This document shows, in pieces, positions 1 to 8,852 of a stretch of DNA of 64,000 nucleotides; position 1 is the first letter of the stretch; the number at the start of each line of letters is the position of its first letter. This DNA is from an uncultured Pseudomonadota bacterium. GTDB taxonomy: Bacteria; Pseudomonadota; Alphaproteobacteria; Rs-D84. The position numbers and the translations under genes are program-made. Under the pieces are notes generated by a model. That model was not told where the DNA came from. It saw only the letters and a list, made by a program, of their open reading frames with translations, and searched no databases. The DNA lies in contig CASFOK010000007.1 of assembly GCA_949296475.1 (NCBI GenBank), positions 9,448 through 73,447 of the forward strand, read 5' to 3'.

Positions 1-369
1 AGATTTAATCGGACTGCCCAACAAGACTTGTGCGGATTCTATGTTTACGTTTGCAACTTCTTTCAACATACGTGCAATGTCGCGCGTTGAAACAGAACCG
101 TACAATTGACCGGTATCACCAGCCTGACGAATCATATACAGTTTCGCGTTTTTCACAGCATCAACATTGGATTCTGCCGTTTTCTTTGCCGCGTCTTGCC
201 GCGCCTGCAGTTCTGCTTTCTTGGCTTCAAACAAAGCGACGTTTTCACGCGTCCAGCGCATTGCTTTGCCGTTTGGTAACAAGTAATTACGCGCGAAACC
301 GGTTTTTACTTCTACCGTATCGCCGATGTTACCCAGTTTAGTAATTTTTTCTGTTAAAATAACTTTCAT
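1..369 (-). CDS. rplI: 50S ribosomal protein L9 (3' end runs off the window edge)
   Basis: My own translation from the ATG at 367-369 (minus) reads MKVILTEKITKLGNIGDTVEVKTGFARNYLLPNGKAMRWTREN..., the L9 N-terminal domain. It lies directly downstream of rpsF-rpsR. It is absent from the ORF track because it is truncated. Confidence 0.9.
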   Translation of the reverse strand, partial: MKVILTEKITKLGNIGDTVEVKTGFARNYLLPNGKAMRWTRENVALFEAKKAELQARQDAAKKTAESNVDAVKNAKLYMIRQAGDTGQLYGSVSTRDIARMLKEVANVNIESAQVLLGSPIKS

Positions 370-417
370 AATCTGTCCTTTTTCAAGTTAGGGTTATACC
401 CAAATATTTTTCTGTAA

Positions 418-645
418 TTATCCTAAGTTGTTTCGTACGAAAGGCAACAAACCCAAATGACGCGCGCGTTTAATTGCGATGGCCAACTTGCGTTGATCTT
501 TCTGTGAAACGCCACTAATACGACTTGGAACGATTTTTCCGCGTTCGGTTATATAGTGAGATAAAGTTTTTATATCTTTGTAATCAATTACCTTGTCTTT
601 CAAGGGGTTAGATTTTTTACGATAAATTGCTGCGCGAACTGCCAT
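418..645 (-). CDS. rpsR: 30S ribosomal protein S18
   Basis: 75 aa with ...[38 protein letters not shown], the S18 signature. Its start overlaps the rpsF stop (TAATG). Confidence 0.95.
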   Translation of the reverse strand: MAVRAAIYRKKSNPLKDKVIDYKDIKTLSHYITERGKIVPSRISGVSQKDQRKLAIAIKRARHLGLLPFVRNNLG

Positions 646-983
646 TATTCAACCTCTTCGTTATTCTTTTTCATCATTATGGATGGTGCCGTCGCCAATT
701 CTTTGACGCGAACGTTCAAGAATCTGATAACGTCTTCATCAATACGTGAACGACGTTCTAATTCTGCGATTTTATCACCCGGCAACTCTATGTTTAACAT
801 GACATAATGAGCCTTGCGATTTTTACGAATAACATAGGCCAAATTTTTCAATCCCCAGAATTCTGTAGATTTTACATCGCCGCCCATTTCTTTGATAATT
901 TCCGTAAATTTTGCCGCTTTTTCTTTTACTTGCGGTTCTGTTAAGTCCTGGCGAAAAACCAAGACGCTTTCATAATAAGCCAT
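645..983 (-). CDS. rpsF: 30S ribosomal protein S6
   Basis: [14 protein letters not shown]... is a typical S6 N-terminus. I chose the internal ATG at 981-983, which follows an AAAGGAAA Shine-Dalgarno, rather than the longer ORF. Confidence 0.92.
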   Translation of the reverse strand: MAYYESVLVFRQDLTEPQVKEKAAKFTEIIKEMGGDVKSTEFWGLKNLAYVIRKNRKAHYVMLNIELPGDKIAELERRSRIDEDVIRFLNVRVKELATAPSIMMKKNNEEVE

Positions 984-1167
984 TTTATTTCCTTTGGTCT
1001 TAACAGCTGACGACCCCATGTCATCAGCAGGAACGCCAACAATTATGCAAGAAATTTATATAAAATCAAGTATTTTCTTACTTTTATAAAATGTCGCCGA
1101 TGAATGAATTTATGTTGACTTGGTTCTGTAAAATTTACTATCATTTAAATAATTAAAGAGAGATTGC

Positions 1168-1947
1168 ATGACAAATCAGTTTCATAGAACGCTTAACAGA
1201 ATGGCTTTTTTCACGGCATTGTTGATTGCGGGCTTGTTCTTATTTTACGAACCGTTTTTACGCGTTGCATCGGCCAACGTCATATTAAACGGCATAATCA
1301 TAGGCACAATTGTTTTTGGCATAACATTGTGTTTTTTTGAAATATTTAAACTGTTACCAGAATATAGATGGGCGCGTGCATATTTCCAAGGACAAAAAAA
1401 TGCCCCCCTGCCCCCAAGACTTTTGCGTCCTGTTGCCCTGCTTTTAAGGTCACGTCCAACCAGAATAACTGTTTCCAGCCTGCAAGGAATGTTGGACATG
1501 ATTTTATTACGATTTGAAGATTCGCGCGAATCAATACGTTATATTACGAACACTTTGATATTTTTAGGGCTATTAGGAACTTTTTGGGGGTTAATTATAA
1601 CTGTTGGCGGTTTTTCCGAATTAATCGGCAACCTTAATTTTGAGAATGAAGGGGTACTGGTTGCCATGCAACAAGGTCTGTCAAAACCGTTATCGGGTAT
1701 GGCAACGGCATTTACAAGTTCTTTGATGGGATTGGCAGGCAGTTTAATAATAGGATTTTTAGGCTTGCAGGTACAACTGGCCCAGAATGCGATATTTCGT
1801 GAACTGGAAGACTACCTATCGGCGCACACCAGCCCCGTGTCCATAGACGCTGTTATCAGTGACACACTGCCAGAAATCAAATCGGTTGCCCAAGCGTTGA
1901 ATAAAAACGTTCAGCAATTACAAAACACGGTATCAGAAATAATATGA
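1168..1947 (+). CDS. MotA/TolQ/ExbB-family proton-channel protein
   Basis: Four predicted TM segments. Family-typical motifs LIFLGLLGTFWGLI and GMATAFTSSLMGLAGSLIIGF are present. It is followed 36 nt later by a MotB-like gene. Confidence 0.75.
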   Translation: MTNQFHRTLNRMAFFTALLIAGLFLFYEPFLRVASANVILNGIIIGTIVFGITLCFFEIFKLLPEYRWARAYFQGQKNAPLPPRLLRPVALLLRSRPTRITVSSLQGMLDMILLRFEDSRESIRYITNTLIFLGLLGTFWGLIITVGGFSELIGNLNFENEGVLVAMQQGLSKPLSGMATAFTSSLMGLAGSLIIGFLGLQVQLAQNAIFRELEDYLSAHTSPVSIDAVISDTLPEIKSVAQALNKNVQQLQNTVSEII

Positions 1948-1983
1948 CAAATATTAACCGTATAACGAGAGAGGGAAAATAAA

Positions 1984-3096
1984 ATGCTAAATATTCGTTT
2001 TCGTGAAAAGACAAATACTTGGCCCGCGTTCGTAGATTTATTTTCGAACCTTGTGATTATTCTTATATTTTTATTAATAGTCTTTGTATTTTTATGGATT
2101 ACTACAACCGTGTTTAACAAAGACACTGGGGCACAAACAGTCGCGGAATTAAAACGCGCCAACGCAGAACAAAGTGAAAAAATTATGCAAATGACCGCCG
2201 ATGAAGAAGAAGCGAAAAGGTTACTTATATTGGCGCGGGCAGAACTAGAAAACCTAGAAAAAAATAATGCGCAACTGTCAAACTCATTACAAGAGGTCAA
2301 TGTCAGCGTTGACGAATTAATTACAGAATACGAAAACAAAGTTGCAGAATTACAAAACCAGGGCATTGATTTACAAGCGCAAGTTGCGGCACTAACCCAA
2401 CAACTAAATCAAGCGACATTGGACAAGCAAAGAACCGCGGAACTGGAACAAGAAAGACGTGATTTGCAATCTCAGATGGAACAACAGCGCGCGTCACTGG
2501 CAGAACAATTAACAAAATTACAAGCCGCCCTTGATGCCGCCGAAGAAAAGGCGCACGAAAAAGACATTCAATATGTAGAAATGTCAACCCGTCTTAATAA
2601 AGCACTTGCAGACAAAGTTGCTGAATTAAACAGCGTTGCCCAATATCAATCTGAATTTTATAAAGCGATAAAGAACGCACTGGGCGGCGATTCTTATATA
2701 CAACCGGACGGTGACAGATTTATAGTATCCAGCGACATTTTGTTCAGCAGCGGTTCTTATACATTATCACCCGAAGGTAAAAATCAAATAAGGTTAATCG
2801 CCAATGTAATCAAAAACTTAGAAAATCAAATACCTACAAACATAGATTGGATAATTCGTGTTGACGGTCATACCGACAAACACAAGGTTGTTCCTGGGAC
2901 GAAGGATTATAAAGACAATATGGAATTATCGTTGTTACGTGCAAATGCCGTTGCGAACGCATTAGCAGAAAACGGCGTGTCTAAACGTCGCTTGGTTCCC
3001 AGTGGTTTTGGTGATTTACATCCCGTTGCATTGGGGACTGATGCGGACAGCCTGCAACAAAACAGACGTATAGAATTACAACTAACTAACAGATAA
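1984..3096 (+). CDS. MotB-like protein: N-terminal TM plug, about 200-aa coiled coil, OmpA-like peptidoglycan-binding domain
   Basis: The N-terminus WPAFVDLFSNLVIILIFLL carries the conserved Asp in the TM, as in MotB. A long Q/E/L/A-rich heptad region follows. The C-terminus reads VDGHTDKHKV...NMELSLLRANAVANALAENGV...NRRIEL, the OmpA C-like motif. Confidence 0.75.
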   Translation: MLNIRFREKTNTWPAFVDLFSNLVIILIFLLIVFVFLWITTTVFNKDTGAQTVAELKRANAEQSEKIMQMTADEEEAKRLLILARAELENLEKNNAQLSNSLQEVNVSVDELITEYENKVAELQNQGIDLQAQVAALTQQLNQATLDKQRTAELEQERRDLQSQMEQQRASLAEQLTKLQAALDAAEEKAHEKDIQYVEMSTRLNKALADKVAELNSVAQYQSEFYKAIKNALGGDSYIQPDGDRFIVSSDILFSSGSYTLSPEGKNQIRLIANVIKNLENQIPTNIDWIIRVDGHTDKHKVVPGTKDYKDNMELSLLRANAVANALAENGVSKRRLVPSGFGDLHPVALGTDADSLQQNRRIELQLTNR

Positions 3097-3112
3097 TAAA
3101 AGAACAAACAAT

Positions 3113-3142
3113 AAAAAACGCACTAAGTTGTGCGTTTTTTTT
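3113..3142. terminator. Bidirectional rho-independent terminator
   Basis: A-run, then ACGCAC/GTGCGT stem (3118-3135), then T8 run. It lies between the convergent MotB-like and ygiW-like genes. Confidence 0.7.
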
Positions 3143-3176
3143 ATAAATCAAAAATTTATTTTATGATTATAATTGA

Positions 3177-3557
3177 TTATAATTTTTCTACATAGTCAAC
3201 GTCAATTTCTGTTTTGAACAAGCCTGCATCAACTTCGCCATATAACTTTACATCATCAGAAGGTGTGACTGTCTGACCACGCCAATCATCGTCATCAATT
3301 TCAACAGTAATTGAACCGGTAGAATCCTTGAATAAATATTTTTCGTCACCCATGCGTTGAACGATGTTACCTTTGACAATGACAGGGACATCATCGCGCA
3401 TTTCTTTCACTTGATTTACATTGATGATTGTTTCTGTTCCGCCGACAAAACCGCCTTTTGCGTTTGGTTGTTGTGCATTAGTACCAGGCTGGAAACCGGC
3501 GGTTGCAGTCCCTGCAACCAAAGTACAAGCCAAGGCCAAGATATAACTTTTTTTCAT
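3177..3557 (-). CDS. YgiW/YdeI-family periplasmic OB-fold (BOF) protein
   Basis: Signal peptide MKKSYILALACTLVAGTATA. The body VIVKGNIVQRMGDEKYLFKDSTGSITVEIDDDDW...LYGEVD matches the BOF family. Start chosen at 3555-3557, after a GGGGTG Shine-Dalgarno. Confidence 0.75.
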   Translation of the reverse strand: MKKSYILALACTLVAGTATAGFQPGTNAQQPNAKGGFVGGTETIINVNQVKEMRDDVPVIVKGNIVQRMGDEKYLFKDSTGSITVEIDDDDWRGQTVTPSDDVKLYGEVDAGLFKTEIDVDYVEKL

Positions 3558-3624
3558 GAATTCACCCCTTTTGTTTAATTTTACAATGTTCATTATATCA
3601 CAAATTTCCATACAAATGTCTAGG

Positions 3625-3659
3625 AATAAAAATATTTTTATCCCCGCTTATCGCGGGGA
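3625..3659 (-). terminator. Probable terminator after Cys-rich gene P1
   Basis: TCCCCGC/GCGGGGA stem (3641-3659) lies just after the P1 stop. On the minus strand a T/A-rich tract follows it. Confidence 0.5.
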
Positions 3660-3662
3660 ACA

Positions 3663-6155
3663 TTACATAACGATATCTTCACATACAGGATCCGACACTT
3701 CTGTTGTACATTCTGTATTCCGGCTGTTATGGAACCAACTGCTACTACCTGTTGTCTTACAATTTTCTTTTGATATCGTTGTACATATATGGCAAGTTCT
3801 TGTATCACGACTAAATATCGCAGTTACTTCTTTAGTCATTCCACCACCGCTTAAACTTGAGCCCCCCAAATATCCGCTATTAGAAAACTTTATACCACCC
3901 GATTTGACAACTCCTGTTCCACCATTCGTTAAATCTTCAACAGACAATCCAGCACCGACATCATAACTGATAGAATATGGCGGAGTTAATGGTGTTGTTG
4001 CACCAGTACTTATACCCAAATCACTGCCACCATTTTCTGCAATCTTTTGACACATATACTGCGCCAAATCTACAGAAGCATTTTTGGTAGCATCCGCAAT
4101 CGCCGTATTTAATTTTTCGTTATAATTATCCTGGGCCTGACGCAACGCGGCAACCGCAATTTGCATTTTTACTTGATTCAATAGATTTGGAAAACGTCCC
4201 GTTGTTTTTGCACCGGATTTACCTGTTATTTGCGATAAATCACGACCGTTTACACAGAATTGAATTTCGGGGTCTTCTTCTATCATCGCAATTGTGCGAT
4301 TGATTGTTCCTGCGATATTATTCAATTCTTCTTCTATGGACGATATGATACCGTCTGCATTTGCGACAGTTGCGTTTTTCTCGCGGATTTTGGCAATGTA
4401 TTCTTGGACGCCGATTTCACCTGGTCCCAATTTTACATTTCCGTCGTCGCCAGAATCAACCGTTTTACCAGACGAATCACCCATTTTTATGCTGCCAAAA
4501 GAAATCATACCTGTTACGCGATATATATTGCCGTCTTTTTGAGAACGTAAAGAACCCGTTCCCAACGTATCATCGGCAGCAAACTTGTTACAATCGGTTG
4601 TACTGCCACAAACCTCGGTCATCTTTTGATCAACTAAATTCTGACACTGTTCAATTGCGGCATTATCAATATTCAAATACAACCCCATTAACATGCCATC
4701 CAAATCGTCCATAGAGAAATTTGGATTATTTGCCTTGCATACGACCAAAGAATCTAACGGACAAATGTCATGAATATAGTCATAGTCCATACCAATGCAA
4801 TTTTCAAAGTTAGTACCACAACGCGTATCCGCAGTAAAGCAGTCTTTTACTTCTTGGGTACAAGCATCTACACGCATTGCCGCCAACTTATCTTCAACAT
4901 ATCCCCAAATAAGCGGTTCCATTCTTTCACAAGGGTCTATTTCAACCTTACAAAAACTGCGCGCCATATCGGGACGCGATAAACAGGCGTCCATTGTTGC
5001 GACTCCCTTGCCCGCGATATCGTCTTTACACGCCTGTTGAATACAATTAGAAATGTTGGTCAAACAAGACTGACGGAACTTTGATTCTGCCTGGCTTTCG
5101 GCAAGTCTAATGGTTGGCGCAGCTTCGCGCAAGAAATTTGGCCAAACCATATCACGAACTGCAACGCAGTTATCTAACACATTTTCACAGATTACTCGTT
5201 TTGAATTTAAAACGTCCATCGTAGAAGCAGTTATGTCATATGTTTCAACGCTTTGAACCTTTGTTCCAGCAGTACTTACTGTTTCATTATTTTGCATATT
5301 TTCTGACGCAACAATAGAAACGCAGTTTTCCCAGTTTTCACCACAAGCATCATTTGTCAACATACACTTCTTAAATTCTACCATGCATTGACCCAAATCA
5401 TATTTATTTGATTCTTCAAAGCTGTCTTGCAATGCCTGTCTGACTGCGGATTCCGCGCTTGCCAATTCAGCCTCGGCTTCGGATTTCTTTTTAGTCAACG
5501 TATTTTTAAAACCTAAACAATCGGATGTTATTTGTCTGGAATACAACTGTTCCAAGAAAGGCAAATCCCCAGAACAAGATTCTGGTAACTGGGCGTTACA
5601 TAAATCTTTGGCGGCTTTGTATAATTCATTACCAGTTTTATCCGCAAGACTTGTAACCCCGCTTTCTTCGTCATCATCATAAGTATCATTTTCAAACAAA
5701 GCCAATAAACTTGCACGTTCTTGCGCTTTTTTTTCTTCCGCCGTCATTTCTGTATCAGACATTATGTTTCCATCTGCGTCGTACCTGCGTTCACCAGTAA
5801 AAATAATGTCTGCATTTGCCCCGGCTTTTACGCGTTCAACCTCTACCGTTTTGATACGATTCGCCTCGGTCAACATATCCTGAATTTCTGCAAAATCCTT
5901 TTCATATTGAATGCTGTCATCGCTGCAAGTACAACTGCCACCATTAGAATTATCTGTTATACAAAACTGATCCATACAACCAAAATAAGCATTATAACAT
6001 TCTTGGTCATATAACCCTGTGGTTTCTGTACGTGTACGGACGGTTGTTCCCTGCTGAATTGCAGATTGTTTCTTGGCAGTCGTTGCCGCATAAACTGCGC
6101 CAATAAACATACACATTACACATGATACAGGAACAATCGTTTTTCTTAGTTTCAT
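3663..6155 (-). CDS. Large secreted cysteine-rich coiled-coil protein, uncharacterised paralog family (P1)
   Basis: Signal peptide MKLRKTIVPVSCVMCMFIGAVYA. Head motif ECYNAYFGCMDQFCITDNSNGGSCTCS. I count about 36 Cys in the mature part. It is collinear with the protein at 37255-40332. Start trimmed to the ATG at 6153-6155. Confidence 0.85.
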   Translation of the reverse strand: MKLRKTIVPVSCVMCMFIGAVYAATTAKKQSAIQQGTTVRTRTETTGLYDQECYNAYFGCMDQFCITDNSNGGSCTCSDDSIQYEKDFAEIQDMLTEANRIKTVEVERVKAGANADIIFTGERRYDADGNIMSDTEMTAEEKKAQERASLLALFENDTYDDDEESGVTSLADKTGNELYKAAKDLCNAQLPESCSGDLPFLEQLYSRQITSDCLGFKNTLTKKKSEAEAELASAESAVRQALQDSFEESNKYDLGQCMVEFKKCMLTNDACGENWENCVSIVASENMQNNETVSTAGTKVQSVETYDITASTMDVLNSKRVICENVLDNCVAVRDMVWPNFLREAAPTIRLAESQAESKFRQSCLTNISNCIQQACKDDIAGKGVATMDACLSRPDMARSFCKVEIDPCERMEPLIWGYVEDKLAAMRVDACTQEVKDCFTADTRCGTNFENCIGMDYDYIHDICPLDSLVVCKANNPNFSMDDLDGMLMGLYLNIDNAAIEQCQNLVDQKMTEVCGSTTDCNKFAADDTLGTGSLRSQKDGNIYRVTGMISFGSIKMGDSSGKTVDSGDDGNVKLGPGEIGVQEYIAKIREKNATVANADGIISSIEEELNNIAGTINRTIAMIEEDPEIQFCVNGRDLSQITGKSGAKTTGRFPNLLNQVKMQIAVAALRQAQDNYNEKLNTAIADATKNASVDLAQYMCQKIAENGGSDLGISTGATTPLTPPYSISYDVGAGLSVEDLTNGGTGVVKSGGIKFSNSGYLGGSSLSGGGMTKEVTAIFSRDTRTCHICTTISKENCKTTGSSSWFHNSRNTECTTEVSDPVCEDIVM

Positions 6156-6171
6156 TTTTCCCCCACATACT

Positions 6172-6222
6172 TTTGTACATATGTTGTACAAACAAACATG
6201 TAATTCGCTGACGAATTACATG
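6172..6222 (-). terminator. Two adjacent hairpins at the P2/P1 junction (possible attenuator or terminator)
   Basis: Perfect 11-bp stem CATGTAATTCG/CGAATTACATG (6197-6222) spans the P2 stop and is followed on the minus strand by TTTGTTTGT. An 8-bp stem TTTGTACA/TGTACAAA follows at 6172-6192. Confidence 0.4.
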
Positions 6223-8381
6223 TTAACGTCTTCGCAAGATTCAATTTCTTGACAGAATTCTTCCTCGCCCGCGGCACTACGTCCTGCGAAGAAACCGCCA
6301 ACTGCACCGACGACACCACCGATTGCAGTACCCCAACCTGGCGTAACAATTGTACCGGCAGCCGCGCCAGCAGACAGACCGCCTGCCAACCCCTTTAATC
6401 CGGCAGTCCCCTTGCTTTCACCGCCTACCTCGCAAACCTGCTGCATGCGACATACATGGCAGTTTCGCAAATCCGGTTCAAAAGAAACGCTTCTTATGTA
6501 ACTGTAATTACCGCTTTTAGAACTCGGCGTTTCAACTTTATATGTATTATAGCAATTTTTTTCTGCTTCTTCTAAATCCTGCTGACGTGATAGTTCGGCA
6601 ATTTTTGTTTCCAGTTCACGCATAGCACGGTTTTCTGCATTTATCTGCGCAATCATTTTTGCGCTATTAAATACGGTACTTCCCAAACTTTTACGATCGG
6701 CTGGTTTTTGACTATCTTGACAAGCAGCCACTGTTATATCTTGTTCAAACTGTTTAAAGAATTCATTTACGGTGTTTTCTGTATTTGCGCGAACCGTTTC
6801 ACGCAACTCCGCCAAACCTTGTTCTGTATCTGGAACGGAAACCAAAGATACGATTTTTGTATCGGTCGGCAAGCAAGACATATCCGTACCGCAAACAGCA
6901 CCCAATTGTTCACCAAAATAATTCAAGCACCCCTGCAACATCTGATAATCCATCTGCAATAACGCCGCTTGCACAATGATATCAAACTGTGTTTCATTTT
7001 TACAAGACGGGAACATAGTCTGCGGACATAATTGCGCTATTTCATTTGCGCTTTTCCCAACACATTCCGGCGCTGTGAAGTTTTCACCACACCTGTCGCG
7101 TAAACATTGGTCAATATCATTTTGACAAAACTGAGTACGCAAATACCCCAACTTATCATTTACAACTGTCTTTATACCCGGGATCATGGCCTCGCATTCA
7201 TCAATCACAGGGCATATCCCAGCCGCAACATTAACATCTGTTAAGCAAGCTGAATTTGTATCCGTAGAACAACTATCTTCTAAGCAAACTTGTATTCTTG
7301 CCAAACATGTTCCACGTGCATTTTTATCTGCATACTTTGCAGCATCTGCCAATATACTTTTAGATTCTGCTTCCCAATCTTGTAACACATATTCGCGTAC
7401 CGCCATACATTGATCCAAAACATTTTCGCACGCATTTGCACGTCTTCCCAACAAGTCGGCGTCTAAGCAATTTTCAAAATTAACACCGCATCCGCCTTTA
7501 TCGGCAATACAAGCACGATACGCCAACAAACATTCACCACGATTATACTTATTAGTCGTATCCAACATTTCAAGACGCGCTTGACGAACTGCAGCCTCGG
7601 CCGTACGTTTATTAGACGTTGCGATAGATTTCTGGTCATTTAAATAAGACTCAAAAGCCTTACAATCTTGCACTATTTGACGCGCATACAACATTTCTTC
7701 CATTTCGGCACTACTGCCACAAGCATCTAACTGACTGGCACAGAAATCGGCCGCCATAGAATACAAACCGTCACCTATCAAATCATCTGCGCCAAGACTG
7801 GCCTCTGTTTCAGTACCGCTGTTAATCCAATCAGCAAAACTTATTCCTGACGCCTTTGAACTTTTTTGCGCCTGCGCACTTTCACCGAACACCAATTTTG
7901 CCTGCGCACCAAGTTGTTCACGCTCTACCCCTTCGGTATAAAGCAAGTCAGCCTCTTCTTGTAAATCTTGAATTTCTTGAATCAACGACTTTGACTGACG
8001 AATATTGTCCGAACAAGCGCACCTGCTTCCTTCTGATTCATCAAGCAAACAAAACTCATCCATACAAGCACGATATGCATCCCTACAACTTGTACTTGTT
8101 GCGGTGCCGTCACCGTTATCACTACCGTTCGTCGTGCCGTTGTTGGTTGTACCCCCGCTTGAACTGCCACCACCGCTTGTACCACCAGGATTAGTAGACA
8201 CCGTCGGATTAGTTGGTATTGAATTATTAGCGCTGGTTATGTTTGTTGCCATATTAGGCGTCCGAGCCCCAGCCTGCGACATACGCGTTACACCAACCCT
8301 TACACTGGAATCACTGCGATCTGCACCAAAAGCTAATCCTGGCACAGTCATAAGAAACGCTAAAAACAAACCTAATTTCAT
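6216..8381 (-). CDS. Large secreted cysteine-rich protein with C-terminal glycine zipper, uncharacterised paralog family (P2)
   Basis: Signal peptide MKLGLFLAFLMTVPGLAFGA. S/G/T/N-rich linker. Head motif SCRDAYRACMDEFCLLDESEGSRCACS. C-terminus GWGTAIGGVVGAVGGFFAG...CQEIESCEDVNM. Confidence 0.85.
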   Translation of the reverse strand: MKLGLFLAFLMTVPGLAFGADRSDSSVRVGVTRMSQAGARTPNMATNITSANNSIPTNPTVSTNPGGTSGGGSSSGGTTNNGTTNGSDNGDGTATSTSCRDAYRACMDEFCLLDESEGSRCACSDNIRQSKSLIQEIQDLQEEADLLYTEGVEREQLGAQAKLVFGESAQAQKSSKASGISFADWINSGTETEASLGADDLIGDGLYSMAADFCASQLDACGSSAEMEEMLYARQIVQDCKAFESYLNDQKSIATSNKRTAEAAVRQARLEMLDTTNKYNRGECLLAYRACIADKGGCGVNFENCLDADLLGRRANACENVLDQCMAVREYVLQDWEAESKSILADAAKYADKNARGTCLARIQVCLEDSCSTDTNSACLTDVNVAAGICPVIDECEAMIPGIKTVVNDKLGYLRTQFCQNDIDQCLRDRCGENFTAPECVGKSANEIAQLCPQTMFPSCKNETQFDIIVQAALLQMDYQMLQGCLNYFGEQLGAVCGTDMSCLPTDTKIVSLVSVPDTEQGLAELRETVRANTENTVNEFFKQFEQDITVAACQDSQKPADRKSLGSTVFNSAKMIAQINAENRAMRELETKIAELSRQQDLEEAEKNCYNTYKVETPSSKSGNYSYIRSVSFEPDLRNCHVCRMQQVCEVGGESKGTAGLKGLAGGLSAGAAAGTIVTPGWGTAIGGVVGAVGGFFAGRSAAGEEEFCQEIESCEDVNM

Positions 8382-8510
8382 TTTAATCCCACCCTACAAT
8401 TGATATAATTTTACCAAAATAAGTTCTCTGGTGCAAGCAGATAAAAACAACTTGATTTTTTATGTTTAAAACAGTACCATTCAACGCATAAAATTTGAAT
8501 AAGGTTACAT

Positions 8511-8762
8511 ATGGCAAAAGACGACGTAATTGTTTTTAGCGGTACCGTAGAAGATAAACTGCCGAACACCATGTTTCGCGTAAAATTGGAAAACGGTCAT
8601 GAAATTTTAGCAACTGTTTGCGGTAAAATGCGCAAGGCGCGCATCTGGGTTAACGTTGGCGAAAAAGTTCGCGTTGAAATGACCCCTTATGATTTAGACA
8701 AAGGACGTATAACTTTCGTTGAGCGCACCCGTCAAACAGGTGATCAAAATACATCTATGTAA
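8511..8762 (+). CDS. infA: Translation initiation factor IF-1
   Basis: [69 protein letters not shown] is an S1-like IF-1 fold with a short C-terminal extension. Confidence 0.93.
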   Translation: MAKDDVIVFSGTVEDKLPNTMFRVKLENGHEILATVCGKMRKARIWVNVGEKVRVEMTPYDLDKGRITFVERTRQTGDQNTSM

Positions 8763-8763
8763 A

Positions 8764-8790
8764 GCCAACAAAGTTGGTGACTTTTTTATT
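8764..8790 (+). terminator. Weak terminator after infA
   Basis: GCCAAC/GTTGGT stem followed by a T6 run at 8782-8787. Confidence 0.4.
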
Positions 8791-8852
8791 GTAATCGGCG
8801 TAAATACTTCTTTCATTAAAAATACATTTTTGATATCATTATTAAGATAGTA

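Noticed and set aside
30-341. 103-aa plus-strand ORF at the left edge
   Set aside because: It lies entirely antisense to the clearly recognisable rplI (L9) reading frame and has no recognisable features. I treat it as a shadow ORF.
1168-3096. Zorya-type anti-phage system (ZorA/ZorB)
   Set aside because: ZorA is a MotA homolog with a very long C-terminal tail, and ZorB is short. Here the A subunit is short (259 aa) and the coiled coil is on the B subunit. No ZorC/D/E-like genes follow.
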